DNA of 64,000 nt from Iphione sp. A-MEVVRFRX5 (lineage: Eukaryota), in the NCBI GenBank assembly GCA_976226885.1, contig OZ320320.1, positions 74,028,001 to 74,092,000 on the forward strand, read 5' to 3'. The translations under genes and the position numbers were made by a program. Positions 1 to 13,015 of this stretch are shown here, in pieces (the first letter of the stretch is position 1; the number at the start of each line of letters is the position of its first letter). Below the pieces are notes generated by a model, which was given only the letters and a program-made list of their open reading frames with translations, searched no databases and was not told where the DNA came from.

Positions 1-87
1 TGTAGAGAGTCATAGAGTCATTATTTGCACACCATGCGGTCCGGACTGCCACGCATGTATGGAAAGTGGGCCTAAGACAGGATTTAT

Positions 88-335
88 CATATGTGTTTAC
101 AATGAAAGGTTTACGCAAAGTTTCTGTAAGAAAGGTTTTATGTGATGTTTTTACAATTAAACGTTTTACATAGGTTTCGGTAAGAAAGTTTTATGTCGTG
201 TGTCTACAATGAAAGGCATACAAGGTTTCTATAAGAAAGGGTATAGGTCATGTGCTTACAATGAAGGGTTTATATACAGCTTCTGTAAGAAAGGGTTTAT
301 GTCATGTAGCCTACAATGAAGGGTTTATAAAAGGT
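88..335. repeat. Degenerate ~53-bp tandem repeat, ~5 copies
   Basis: TACAAT(G/T)AA..GGTTT..TAAGAAAG recurs at about 98, 152, 205, 257 and 312 (spacing 52-55 bp). Confidence 0.75.
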
Positions 336-904
336 GTCCTAAATGGAGGGTCTCTACTACATCGCGGCGCACGTCTTCATCAGAACTAAACGAGCACCCA
401 GTCTGACTCCAACCTTGCTGAGCACAGACACCAGAGTCAGCTCACCTAGAGTTGCGCCCAGGTATTCCCCGGATAAACTACTGCCTTGGATTGTTGTCAG
501 CTTCGCATGTTGACTCGGCGACCTCAAGTTACCGATTACGTTCCCAACGTGGAAATTACTTCTGCAGGAGATAAGATGAGCCCACATTAAGTCACCAGGG
601 GGCGTGCGCGTGGCGCTGACCTGAAATGTGGATTATTTTGACGGTAACGACGAGTGCATTACGACGACTGCGACGGGCGTACTCTCATGACAGGCATGAC
701 TCTTCTAGCATGAACAGCATTTGGTTTCTCCCGCCAGTCATGTGCCCATCCCCCCTGTCTCCCCCCCCCCGCTCCTCCCCCTTCCTCCCGCCTTTACGTT
801 CGCACGTTAATCAGTTAGCTGCCTAATTTGAGATTAATTTGCCTCTGGTATCTCGGTCACCTTGCCTGCGGGAGAGGCAGCATGCAAGCACCGCACACAC
901 GCTG

Positions 905-918
905 CCACCAGGGGGCAG
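905..918 (+). promoter_or_regulatory. CTCF-like motif (CCACCAGGGGGCAG)
   Basis: Close match to the CTCF core CCASYAGRKGGCR; a second one, TCACCAGGGGGCGT, lies at 592-605. Motif match only. Confidence 0.35.
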
Positions 919-2928
919 GGCGGCGGTGGCGGCTACTCCTACGCATTGCGAGAAGGGGATGAAATAAAATCAACAACAAACAAATCCTTAAAATGAACTA
1001 CACAGCAATAATGAGCAATCACTATTTTATATGGTCAAAACTTGCGTAGGAGACCAGCCTTGCGATTGGAGGATTTGGGGCTCTCTCCATGGCTGGTCTT
1101 TCCTAGAATCAATTACAAAAATAAACAGAAATTCGCGACTGGAGCATTCTGGTCTCTATTCCTGGTCGGCTTTTCCTATGAGTTGGTCTTAAAAAGAGGG
1201 TGTTGACTGTATATATTTAGCATATATAGACAAATCTGCCATTTCTCTTCTATTTCACATTCCGTAGGTTGTTGACCGTCTGTGTCAACACCCCACTCCC
1301 CCACCCCACCCTACCACACCACAGCACACAACATCCCATCCCACTGCACCCCCCCCAACATCCTTCTCCCTCCTCGGCTTACTACGTCTTGCGATGTTTA
1401 TCTGTTTCTCTCTGTCATGGAATCTTTCTTTTTTCTCCTTTTGCACGGTGATGAGAGTTAAAGTGGGACAAGCCCGTTAAGTTCCTTCACGAGTGACTAT
1501 ACGCCGTGGAGTTTAATATCAACCCCACGAAAGAATCTGCAGGTTGTTCGCTTCCTTAGCTATCCTCATAGGACATCTTCCTAAAGATAAGTAGAAGAAA
1601 AGGACGGTTTTTTCCATGTTGTTATTTCGGATGGTCGCATACCACAGGTCTGGGTGGGATTGCCATGAACTGTGCTCGAGTCTGGGCTTGTGGGGAGGAG
1701 GGCTGAGGGTTCGGAGGACGATATAACAGGGGTGGCTGCAGTAGGGAGGGAGAAAGGAGGTGAAGGGAGTAGGGCGGGGGTAGGTGGTTGAGTGAATAGC
1801 TGCGAGGAGTGGTGCTACCAGGAAACGTCGCTGGGAAGTGGACCCCCTGTGAAATAATACAGGTGTAGAGTAAGATGATACAGATGCAGTACAGGGCGGC
1901 AGACAACTTATGATGAACTTATATCCAGCCTACCAACAACTCAGCCCCACCCCCTGGAATGCTTACCGTGCCGAAATAATGTAATTCATCCTATAATGTG
2001 TGAGTCTTTAACATGACCTTATCCACAACCAGGAAGATAAAGGACGAAGGCGATGTGTATAGATGAAACAAACAGAACAATAGAAGGAGTGGGTTGTCTT
2101 AACAGGGCAAGCCTTCATACTGTAAGCTTAAACCTCTTCCAGGAACACGTCAGGTATGGCTGACAGACAGGACAGGACCTGTGCCTGGGAGAACACGGTA
2201 CGGGGGGGGGGGTATTCATTGAGGAATGGAGTAATGGAAGCGGGCTTGAGGATTTGGGAGTGGCGCTCAATTCGAGAAGAGGGCGGGCTCCGGGTGAGGA
2301 GGTCTGGAAATATAAGAGGATGATTGGAAATCAAGGAATGGGAACGTGTGGGGAGTGGGGCTAGAGTTAGGTATGCGCCGAGCATGGCTGGGGGAGGGTG
2401 GCAGGTGGAGGGTGGGTGGGTGGGCGTACATTGCAAAGGTCATCTGACACAGGAGGTAAACAGCATGGGAGCGTGCTGGGGGTGCGGAGCTACAGCGTTA
2501 TAGGCTGTTCCTTCCTATCACCACACACTGAATTTGATCATACTTGTATGTGTTTATGCATGTGCATGCACATGTATTCATATATGCTCACAATTCACTT
2601 AATTCCTATTGGGAATCAAAATTAATAACAAAAAAAACACATGAGAGTACACAGGCAGACTGCTCTCTAGACTCATCCTGTTCCTCTATTTCTGTCTGTG
2701 TGGATCTCTCTTTCTTTCTTTTTGGCTGTATTTTTTCTCCCTCTCTCTTTGCCTTTCGGTCTGTTTATCTATTCTCAGGCCTCTGACTCCCCTTTTCGCT
2801 CTCGCTGTTTGAGTCTCCATCCACTACTCCATCTCATTTGCCCATGTCCATGTCTTTTCTCGCACTCTCCCTCTCCCTCCCTTTTCGCAACAAACAAGAT
2901 GCCACTCCCCTCCATGCAGACACTCTCG

Positions 2929-2959
<31 letters not shown>

Positions 2960-3228
2960 CGTCTCCCTCCATCACTAACAGGGTGGCCCCCGGCTGATAT
3001 CTCCTTAGCATTCGCGGTGGCGCGGAGAACTGCGCAGACTAGAAACCAGCTAGCACTGTCTGGAATGGTGGACAGGCGCATTTTCGTCGTCGTTGTATCG
3101 TCGTCGTCGCCACCGCCGCCGCCACCGCCGCTGCCGCGACTCGAGGAAAGACCTAAATGCTCGCTTGTGTTGGTCCATAAAACAAGCCTTGGCTCGAGGA
3201 AGCCCCACCCTATTGCCTGGGGGAACGT

Positions 3229-3512
3229 CTGAGAGGGAGAGACAGACAGAGAGAGACACACAGAGAGAGGGAGAGAGAGGGAGACGGCAAGTGAGAGAGC
3301 AAGAGACTAGCAGAGAGAAGAGAGAGAGAGAGCAAAAGAAAGGGAGGAAAAAAAGAGGAAAGAGAGGGAGAGAGGGGAAACGGGAGAGACCGAGAGAGTA
3401 AGAGGGGAGAAAGAGGGAAAGGGGGTGATGGAGAGAAAAGAGAGATACATAGATAAAGAGGAAGAGAGAGGGGGTTAGAGACAGAGAGAAAGAGAGAGGG
3501 GAAGAGAGAGAT
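3229..3512. repeat. GA-rich low-complexity/microsatellite tract
   Basis: Near-continuous GAGA/GAAA purine tract. Confidence 0.9.
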
Positions 3513-5752
3513 TCTGATATGGAGGACAGGCTGTGTATGTTTAGGCTGCCAGCAGGCCGACTGGAGGGTAAACACCTGCTGTTATTTCCATGACGTAAAA
3601 TGCAAAGGTGGGGAATGGGGGATGGAGATGCGGTCGGTCCAGGTACATGTTGATATGAACATGTTGAAGCATTCATACACATCCATACAGATACATGCAC
3701 ACACACACACACACACACACGCACTAAAGGGGTAAGATACAGAGGGAAACCGAACATACGTATAGTACCATAAAGTCAGATGCACAGACAACGGTGATCT
3801 TTCTTAATACAAACTGATACGACGTTGAGTAATTGCCACTGCACTACCGCATGGACCAATGTTCCATAGCTCCAATGCAGAGAGGTTGTATTCCTTTCAA
3901 AACTAAGATAAACAGATATTTTCATTGGTTCAGGGGCCCACCTGTGGTAACATAATATGCACTGCCCGTTGTTATGAGGTGAGTTGAAAGACTATTTGTT
4001 AGTCAATGAATTTCATAGAATTCTACCTTTTGAATGAGAAATATAGTTTGTGAAAAATTTGGTCCAGGTTTACGTCTCACACTAGTGGGTCTGTGAGGCC
4101 CATGGAATTCAGTAGTGGTTTAGACTCTAGTGTCTTGTCAGATGCTAGCATTGATGAATGTGGCTTGAATTACCGTCAGTGGTAGCCTCTGGGACTGAGT
4201 GTCTGCAATAATTTGTGAATGAGGTGCAATGGAGTTTGGCAGGACCAAATTATCTTGAGGGGATAGGTGTTTCCTAGATATTACAGGTTCCTTTAGCTAT
4301 TCAGGATAGTAATGCAAATAATCATGATGACTATTATAGGTCCTGCAGTATAGCATCCCTCGCTTAGTCCGCTAAGTTCAGGCCACTTGGGATTTTCACT
4401 TTTAGGTGATGTATCCACCACCTACGTTCCACTTCCTTCCAGCCTCTCCTGAAGGCTGTAGAAAGCCAGGGTTATGAAGAATTCCTGAACTGAAATTGAA
4501 CTCCCATGCCAGCCAGGTGGCTTATACCATAGGTTTAGGTATTCAAATGGGATCCCATCGGGGTATTGTTGTCATGTTTGATGTTACGGTGGTGGCCTGA
4601 GAAATACTCTAAGATCGAGTTTGGGGTTTTAGCCTACTTATTGGTTCTCTGAAGAGTCTGATGGATATATCACCTCCAAAAAAAGATAATCACAGGTGGG
4701 CTGAACTTAACGGGCTAAACGAGGAATGTTACCAGGACATACTGTCGTCACAAACAAATATACAGACGCACGTCAATACACGGTGATGTGCAAAGAAGGC
4801 GATGAGGATAAGGACCTGACTAGGTGTACACACACCAACACACACACACACACATCCTCACAGATATAGAGGGATTCGCCTCACGCCTATACACGCATAT
4901 AAACCTTTTTGACATTATTTTTTCTTTAATGTCGAGGAACATTTTTAGGGGTGATCTGGTTATTTAGCAAGTATTTACCATTGGAAATGAGACATCTGTC
5001 CAGTGTTAGGGCCCATATAGAGAAAAAATGTACACATGTAGGTATGCATCTGTGCCGCGTTCCAGTATGCTGCTCAATCAAAATATCGCACTCTTTTCAG
5101 TCGATTATAAACCAAACAGCAGTTGTGGGTGTAAATTATCTTGTATATAGTAAGTATGTCGCAGATACGGCACGAGGAATTCTATTATGCAACATAGAAA
5201 AATGATCCCCGGGAGATACTGTCCAGGAAATTTCACTTCTTAGTCAACGTCCGTCACCTATGTAGCTACAGCAATAACGTTCGGTTACAAGTAAATAGCC
5301 GTTCACATTTCACGTAGTTTAACCGTTGGTCCTGTAAATAATGCTGACCAGACTTCAATATTAATGCATTCATTATATACTTGAGGTACTCTTCCACACT
5401 TGAGGTCTATATATATATATATGCATATACATGTACATTTACATATAGTGGAATAACCTTGCTATTGCACCACCTCTAGATATGGAAATTGCAGACATAA
5501 CGATTTTGGCACCAAGCAGTGTTGTAATAGCGAGATACGTTTCCCTCTACCTGTACAGTAAAAAGCCCTCCACAGCGGTCACCGTTGGGTCTAGTTAATT
5601 TAAATAATCATTTAGCAAGGTGACGCCTAGAGAGAGAGAGAAAGGTGTTGTTTATTGTGTATAAAATAGCAGTCTGTCCCAAAGTCATTTGACCACAGTA
5701 AGGGGTCACCGCTGGGGCGGGGTGAACATTATGAAGAATCCTGCTGTACATA

Positions 5753-6114
5753 CAGTGGAAAGTCTCTAATCAGGACACCCTTGGTTCTTGCCCAAACTGT
5801 CCCTAATTGAGACATGTCCCTGTTAGAGACTTTGTTTAATATGTACCAAATAGAAACTTCTTCCCAAAAGTGTCCCTAATAGATACTTGTCCTTATTGGA
5901 GACATGTCCCTCAGGTGGCTTTCTACTGTAAACAACGGACCCCTCCCCCCAGGGACATGTCTCCAGTAGAAAGAAATGCTGCTAATACAGATACTTTGGG
6001 AAAGAACCGATTGTATTGGCCTCATACTAAAAAGAAGTTTATACTGAGAACATGTCTCAATTAGGGACTGTTTGGGAAAGAACAGAGCGTGTCCTGATGG
6101 GAGACTTTCTATTG
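5753..6114. mobile_element. TA-flanked MITE (Tc1/mariner-pogo type ends)
   Basis: ~65-bp imperfect TIRs: left CAGTGGAAAGTCTCTAATCAGGACAC..GTCCCTAATTGAGACATGT, right reverse complement CAATAGAAAGTCTCCCATCAGGACAC..GTCCCTAATTGAGACATGT. TA on both flanks (5751-52, 6115-16). No ORF. Confidence 0.8.
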
Positions 6115-6460
6115 TACATGAATATATATACACTTGTACATATACATAATTATATACTACGAATGTCATTATGAATGTCACTACGTGTGTTACAGCTGCC
6201 CCGTACAGCTGTGTCTCTCCGAGGCTAACTTTTCCTTGTGCATCTCATAGGCACATGGGCCTCCAAACAGACAGGTCTCTTAAAAGGGAGCCAGCTAATG
6301 GGTCTCTCTCTCTCCCCTAATCTACTTTCGATTGCACCTGATGTTTGGTGTAAACAATTCTCCAGGTGTTTTGTCTATAGCCAAGGCTCGCCAGTCCCTG
6401 GTCCCCTCCCCTACTCCCCACCCCCCCCTCCAGCCTCCAGCAGGCCGCCCTTGTACTTAC

Positions 6461-6988
6461 CTCTGTCGAGGGGAGGTGTACCACACCCGTACTCCTACGC
6501 TTCTCTCTCAGTTTCCTCTTGTCCTTGGCCGTCTTGCCTTTGTGAAGGTGGTTAGGCCTGGCCCTCTTGTCTCGGTCTTTAGCCCTGGAGGAGGCGGAAG
6601 TACCGCCGACGACCCCGCCGCCGCCGCCGCCGCCGCCCGCTGCCGACGACGACCGCGTCGGCGAGTCGTGGTCGGCGGCCGTGGCGCCGGTCAGTCCGGC
6701 TAGGCCTGCCGCTGGGGGGCCTCCAGCACCCCCTCCGACGGGGGCTCCTCCACTGCTGTCCTTGTACGAATCACCCCCTCCTCCTCCTCCGCTTCCCCCG
6801 CCGCCGCCGCCGCTCATGTCGTATCCGTTCTGATCACCGCTGTCCAGAGACTCACTCTTGTGGACGGCCGCCGCCGACGAACCGCGCGAGCGGAGCGGGC
6901 GGGAGATGCGCGAGCGACGCGCCGCCGCCGGGAACTCGTAGGCGTCGTCTCGGTCGAGACTCTCCTGACTCACAGAACTCGACGCCAT
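6461..6988 (-). CDS. PAWR: PRKC apoptosis WT1 regulator (Par-4)-like, first coding exon (176 codons); remainder not found in window
   Basis: ATG in AGCATGG context at 6988. Exon ends HKGKTAKDKRKLREKRRSTGVVHLPSTE, matching the Par-4 NLS/phosphosite segment KRKLREKRRSTGVV. It is followed directly by a consensus GTAAGT donor (6460-6455), phase 0. Confidence 0.85.
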
Positions 6989-7437
6989 GCTTATAGGCCG
7001 TACCGTATAGTGCTGTTTTAAGCTCGTCCGGGTGTTAAAAAAACCCACACCAGACCTGTTGTACACCTCTTCAGACCACTCTTGATGGGGCGTCTTCTCG
7101 CCCTCCTAGGCTGAGTGGTGCCGGTGAGGGTGGGTGGGTGGGTGGGAGGGGGGCTTGAAGCAAGTTACCGAGGTACCTCTGTATATATATAAATGTACAC
7201 AATCGCACAGCCTCCTCCTCTCCAGTAGCCTCCCTCTCTCTCTGTCTGTCTGTGAGCAGGTATTTTATACCTGTCCCTGCCTCTCTCTCTCGCGCTTCTC
7301 AGCAGTGGTAGAGCACGTGAGGAGGAGGAGGACGACGACCGTCTGTGGTCGACTGCCGGCGGAGTGTATATACTCAACCAGGCGCCGGTGTCACCACGTC
7401 AACAGTCACCTGTGGCAGGCGCCCTCCAACACACGCC

Positions 7438-7468
<31 letters not shown>

Positions 7469-7700
7469 CTACCACCGGCGGACCACCACACCGGTGGGCG
7501 ATATTGACAGTAAACACCAAAATGTAGGAGGCCAATCCCGCCGGGACTTGTGTCCGGTCGTCGTCGGTTTAGCGGGTTACTTCTCTACGAGAGAGCAGTC
7601 AACCTGTAGTCTATAGTTGTCGTATATATTGTTATATACAGGTGCGTATGCCACCCCCGGCCAGGAATCCCGGCTGGTGTTACAGCGGGGCGGTGGGGGG
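6989..7700 (-). promoter_or_regulatory. CpG/GC-rich 5' UTR and promoter region of the PAWR-like gene
   Basis: CpG-rich sequence upstream of the ATG, with (GGC)n tracts and a TATATAA candidate on the minus strand at 7632-7638. The TSS cannot be determined. Confidence 0.35.
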
Positions 7701-8689
7701 GGGGGGGGGGTGATCCGCAGCTCCCGCTACTTGCTGTTTAACACAATACGTACGCTGGAGGACGGTTCCTCTGTCGTCGGCGGCACAGTTATTACCTGCC
7801 TCTTCTTGTTGTTATTGTGGTGGGTTTGGGCAGCTCAGGTGAACCTCCTTCCTACTTGTCTGTCTGCCTGTCTGTCACTCTCCTCCTGCTCGTCCTCTCA
7901 CTACGGTCCTCCAATAGCTCTCCTCTGGAATCACGGCACAGGCCAGCAGGTAACAAAACCTATTCACTGGAGTCCCTCTCCTTTGATATCCGTGCCGTGC
8001 GTGCGTGCGTACGTGCGTGTGTCTGTCTGTCTGTCTGTGTGGTGACGGGCGTGCGGTTTGAAATGGGAAGTGAGTCTAGCGTCAGAGACGGAAGAGGAGA
8101 GAGACTGAGAAAAGAGTCAGAGTGTAAAAGGGTGGGTGGGGGGCTGGTAAACGGGGGGAAATTTTCCACCCTCCCACTGACGACCCCTCAGTGCACCAAG
8201 CACGACTTCTCTCCCCCTCCCCCACCTCTTTTCTGTTTCTCTCACTTAAGCAATACAGCTTCAAAGCTCCGGCCACCGCCAGCCAGCCCGTACTACGTCC
8301 GATGATGACTCAATGGCGGTGAATGAGGTTGGCAGGCAGAGAGTGCGCAGGAGAGTTGGTTGTTTGGGTGGGTTGGGGTTGGTGGTGGTGGGAGGGGGGG
8401 TGATGTTAGTTTGATATGTCGGGACGGTCGTATCGTGACCAATGATGATGGTAGTCTGTGTGATGTGTGTGTGTATTGGGGGGAGGGGGAGGAAGGGGGG
8501 CCTTTCAGTTTGCTGTTAAATAGTAGTGAAAGTCGTTGTCGTGCGTGGTCGTCGTCGTCGGTGGTGTAGTGTGGTGTGGGCTGAGCATTGGTCGTAATCC
8601 CTGCGTGGTATTAGCGCTGGTGGTAATGGTGGCGGTGGTAGTAGTAAATGTAGTGGTGTTGGTGGTAGTGGTGGGCGGGGATCCTGAAC

Positions 8690-10270
8690 TGAGATCCTAA
8701 GCTTCGTCAAAGCCTTCCGTCAAATATACCCCCCAGCACGCCGCGGTGGCGCTCGGGTCGTCTCAGGGCCTGGGCAATGACCTCCCACGACCTCCGGCTG
8801 ACAAAGCCCCCCCTGCGCAGGACTTCCTCTTCCCTCACCTCCTCCTCACCTCGCCCCCGAGTCGGGCCCGGTGGCCGTTAAATCCGCCAAATCTGCTAGA
8901 AGAAGAAGAATCGTTACCCCCGCCGTTTCTTCACGGATGACCGGAGAATGCCTGTGTGTGGTTGGTACCTCTGGCCTCGTCAGATCACTGCCCTGTCAGT
9001 CTCGGTCGAAGAAAGAAAGACAAAAACCGTGGGCGCATCCACAAGAGTCCGTGTTGTTTCCTCCTTTTCACGTACAACAGTGTCCCTCATACAGGTATGG
9101 GTGGGGCTAGTTTGTTCATCCGAGAGTGGTCTTTTCTTGCCGCCCCTGAAGTCTCTCAGGTGGTCAGAACAAGAGGTTGATCCGGTTACCTCCCGGCAGG
9201 ATGCTTGACTGTGGATGGAGGTTCCGGTAGCGATGTAAGTTATCTCCGTAAATACGGTCCGTAAAACCCGTCCGTTGGTGCTACGTCCGTCAGGTCGTAA
9301 ATGCGGCCCGTAAGGGAGGTGGGGTCGGGGGGCGGGGGGCGGTTGATCATCAAAGGCGACCTTGGCCTTGAGGTCAACAGCAGCCAGTCCTAAGCGGTTG
9401 ACCCGGTGTCTGGAGCCAATGCAACAGTTATAAGCGTCAGGTGCCAAGCGTCAGGTGCCAAGCGTAGTCTGAGTAGGTAGGGAAAGCCCAGGTAGGAAGC
9501 AGAGTCCAGGGTACCACGATGTGCGGAGGTAGGCGGAAGGGTGGTGTAGCAGTTGAACTGGTCCTGGGGCAAGATGATGACCTCCCCTGGCCCGGATACC
9601 ATCAGCGCCCTCCAACGGTCATCGATCCTAACTGCTGTCGGGGTGAAGGCGCCAATAGAATCATGACGCTATCAGCAGAAGCGTCAACTCAGGCCCGCCA
9701 GCGGCCAGCGGCCCGGTCAGGATGCAGGTAAACCCTCTGTGTGCTCTTCTGATACTCCTGCTCCTTCTTTCTGCTGTTCTCGCCCTTGAACGGCAGGCGG
9801 CCCTACGTCGTCGTCGTCGTGGTGTGGGCAGCCACCCCAGCGTTTGAGCTACCATCTGGTTATCGGTACTCGGCCTGGCGCGTCGACCAGAGGTGATGCA
9901 TTGGGAGCTCCAATCTGATGAGCAGCATCCCAGGACGGCCGAGGCACCAGATGCTGAGCGGGAGAAGGAGGAGGAGGCCGGCCCAGAGACCAGGAGACGT
10001 AGTATAGTCGTCGGTAGGGGTGGGTGGGGGAGTCTTGGCGCCAGTCAGTGGACGCTGGTTTCTCTGGACTGTCAGCGACAGACCCCCAGCAACTATTATT
10101 CACAGTGCTGATATTGGAGGAAACCAGCCCCAACACAAACACCACCATGTGCTCACTGCTGGCACCGTTTACAGCCTCGTTCTCGCCTTCCATTCATCCC
10201 CCTCCTCCCCACCCCTTCTCCTCCTCCTCTTAAACGCCAAACCACCCTCCCACTTTAGCCAAAGGAGGAT
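8690..10270 (-). other. GC-rich island with a disrupted reading frame (possible mobile or viral relic)
   Basis: Complex CpG-rich sequence. ORFs 9390-9602 and 8980-9447 join in frame if one copy of a 14-bp tandem duplication (9432-9459) is removed. No family recognised. Confidence 0.3.
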
Positions 10271-10708
10271 CGAGAAAGCACTACCAGGTACTGCGTAGTG
10301 TGTTAGGTTGTTTGTCTTTGGGTATGAACGTGAGTGTGTGGGAGAGGTTGTGTGCCAGTAGTTCGCCTTATTACCACTAGATGGCACGAGGCCATGGGCA
10401 TTATGCGCCCATTGTGGTGCATGCCCGAAGCCCGGGCAGCGTCACTGGAGAAAGAAGCAATGGGAGACCACAAGATCTCCAAGGGTGCAATTTATCCAAT
10501 TAACCATTTCTTATGCTGATAACATAACAGTGCACCGCAGACAGAAGTTGGCACAATAAACTTGGCAATTTGCTTTTGGGACAAAAGCTTTATTCATAAT
10601 CCTCCAACAATCTGGAGAAAAACAAAAGACCAGAACCTTGGCGACCAATAGAGATAGAGCGAGAGAGACAGGGAGGCAGCGGAAGGAGAGAGGGAGAGAC
10701 GGGGAAGA

Positions 10709-10712
<4 letters not shown>

Positions 10713-10770
<58 letters not shown>
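10713..10770. repeat. (GA)n microsatellite
   Basis: Perfect GA run of about 25 units. Confidence 0.95.
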
Positions 10771-11689
10771 TAACCAAGACACATCCATTGTAATAGTTGT
10801 GTCAATAAAAGGCACTTTAAAAGAGCTAATAATAAACATGCTCAGAGTGTGATTCTTGTGTCATATGATCATATAATGGTCAAATTCAACTTTAAATACT
10901 AAAACTCAACAGGTAAAGTGAAGGTATAAGCACAAAACAGACAAAAGGACTGATGCCACAACAATACAAATAACAAAAGAAAACAGGGAGGGGCTCTCTT
11001 TTCCTTTAAAGAGATACAGAAGGACATTGCTTCGATGCCAATTCCTCTCCGAGGATTCTACAACTATTCCACTGAAACGAGAAAAAGTGACCTTTTGGCT
11101 TCGGAATGTGAGGGCACGATGCCAACTGGCTACAGCTAAAGACAAAGAATGTTTGTACATTGTATATGAGTATTGTATAAATGAAATTATATGTTGAAAA
11201 CGAAGTATGTGATACAAATGCCAGTCATATGTCACATTATAAATGCATCCATCCAAGGTACATCGGTTTTTATTATAAGGTACTACATCATATTTCATGA
11301 ATTTATTTCTCCATTATGTATGCTTCTGGGTGAACTTATATCGTAAACATAGCAATTACATGAAGAGTCACCTCAATGTCTCGTTATAGATGTACATTGT
11401 ACAGTTGGGGAGACACAGTTAGGATTTGAATGAATCTGGTTTCTCCCATCGTTTAGTCTCAATAACGAAATGCATTCGGACTCCTAAACCCATACACCTT
11501 CCAATCAAGAAATTTCACATGATGGACAGTCAAGAGACAAAACCAAATCTGTGAATTTATGTTGAAATACTCCTGCTATTCCAGACACTTTTCTTCATAT
11601 ACAATATTTACCAGTCCCTTTGCAGCCCATAGTTTCCCACCGTTTTGAGTGTTTTTACACACTATTTAAGGCCAAAAAGAGGCAGACTT

Positions 11690-11945
11690 CATGTAAATTC
11701 ATCCAAAAATTAGCAAAACTCATGCCAATTCAGCTGAAAACAGTTAAATTCATTGAAACTCATGCAAATTCGGCTGAAAACAGTGAATTACATGTTAATT
11801 TGGTGTAAATCAGAAAATCAAATTCAGCACAAAACAGTGTTTTCTGCCTTGTACCCATGCTCAAACCAGCATGTGCCCATACCCGCTAATGGGACCACTT
11901 GAGCTCAGAATGGAGAGGCGGTCACAAAGTGGTATTCAATTGTTT
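11690..11945 (+). repeat. Dispersed repeat module B (CATGCAAATTCGGCTGAAAACAG subrepeats)
   Basis: Same orientation as 53085-53260; both share CATGCAAATTCGGCTGAAAACAG and CTAATG.GACCACTTGA...GAATGGAG. Confidence 0.65.
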
Positions 11946-12547
11946 TGTTGCAACTTCTACCACTACATAGTCTCATGACACAGTGATACCAAGTGAAATG
12001 TTTAACAGGTCTTTATTCCACAATGTCAATTAGGCAACTGGTCCTCCCCCTTACATCAATGCCTTATATAATGTCTGGTGTGGGAGACATGCACTCACTC
12101 ATGCACACACTCACACAATGCCCGCATGTCTCACTTACCTGCACTGCCACTCCCCACACGCACACACCCCGCACTAATGCCACAATATATACATTTTATG
12201 GGGTTGTAGCACGTTTTTTTCTTAAGGAAGAATGGTCGCATTCACACCTCTGCCCATAAAGTGATATTCAAATCCAATAGAAATGACCCTCAGGCCCGGT
12301 TTCCATGCATCTAGATTTTTGTTTCCAGAAAAGAACAGTTTTAATAGAGGGTGTTCCATGTGTATGGGTGCGTGGTACATAGTGTGGAGATGGAAAATGG
12401 ACAATGTTCATTTATGTCCACACCATGCATGCACACGAATGAGTAGGATAGAGAGATGGACATTTTTAGCAGGATAGACACTGTCTATCATATGAGAGAT
12501 GTGAATTATTTTCTAATTTGCATATCATTTGCATTAAAGAACTCACC

Positions 12548-12685
12548 ATTTACACATAATCTGGCAGAATTCCTTCTGATCAGCACAAAACACTTAACAT
12601 TTACACAGATTCGGGTAGAATTCCTCCAGATCAGCACAAAAAAACTCAACATTTACACAGATTCAGGCAGAGTTCCCTCCAATCA
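12548..12685. repeat. ~51-bp tandem repeat, ~2.6 copies
   Basis: ATTTACACA..GAATTCC..GATCAGCAC at 12548, 12599 and 12651. Confidence 0.75.
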
Positions 12686-12869
12686 GCAGAGAGAGAGAGA
12701 GAGATTCTCCTCCTCCTCCTCCTCCTGAAAAACCCAGATGCCTGGAAATCAAGCATCCATGGCAGTCTGGAAATTAGCTCATTTTCTGTACCTGACACAC
12801 ACTACAGAAAAATGCCCATGCACATGGAAACTGGGCCTAAGACATGTGAATTCAGGTTGGTTTGGCCAC

Positions 12870-13015
12870 AAATTGATGTGACTTGAAAGTGATATTTGGA
12901 TATATAGTTTAACGCTGGCAAATATTTCTGTTCCAAGCTCACAATATGGTCGTATTTAAGGTTTTGGTCACTAAACGATACAGTCAGAAACTGATATTCA
13001 GCTGTAGATACGTAT
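12870..13015 (-). repeat. Dispersed repeat module A
   Basis: Reverse complement shares TTTAGTGACCAAAACCT..TGAGCTTGGAACA with 52835-52880; both translate as FSDQNL..SLEQ in the ORF track. Confidence 0.65.

Noticed and set aside
1620-2440. Penelope or LINE relic
   Set aside because: Only a vague resemblance (PPPRTVF); no supporting RT or GIY-YIG motifs in any frame.
2824-3757. ORFs near 3 kb as PAWR exon 2
   Set aside because: They derive from GA/CA microsatellites and (CGC/CGT)n, and show no acidic or leucine-zipper Par-4-like sequence.
4000-4750. Degraded coding or retroelement sequence
   Set aside because: Complex sequence, but the minus-strand frame I translated is full of stops, the ORF track shows no ORF here, and I recognised no motif.
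6989-7066. N-terminal extension of the PAWR ORF shown in the ORF track
   Set aside because: It begins at a non-ATG codon; the first ATG, in good context, is at 6988.
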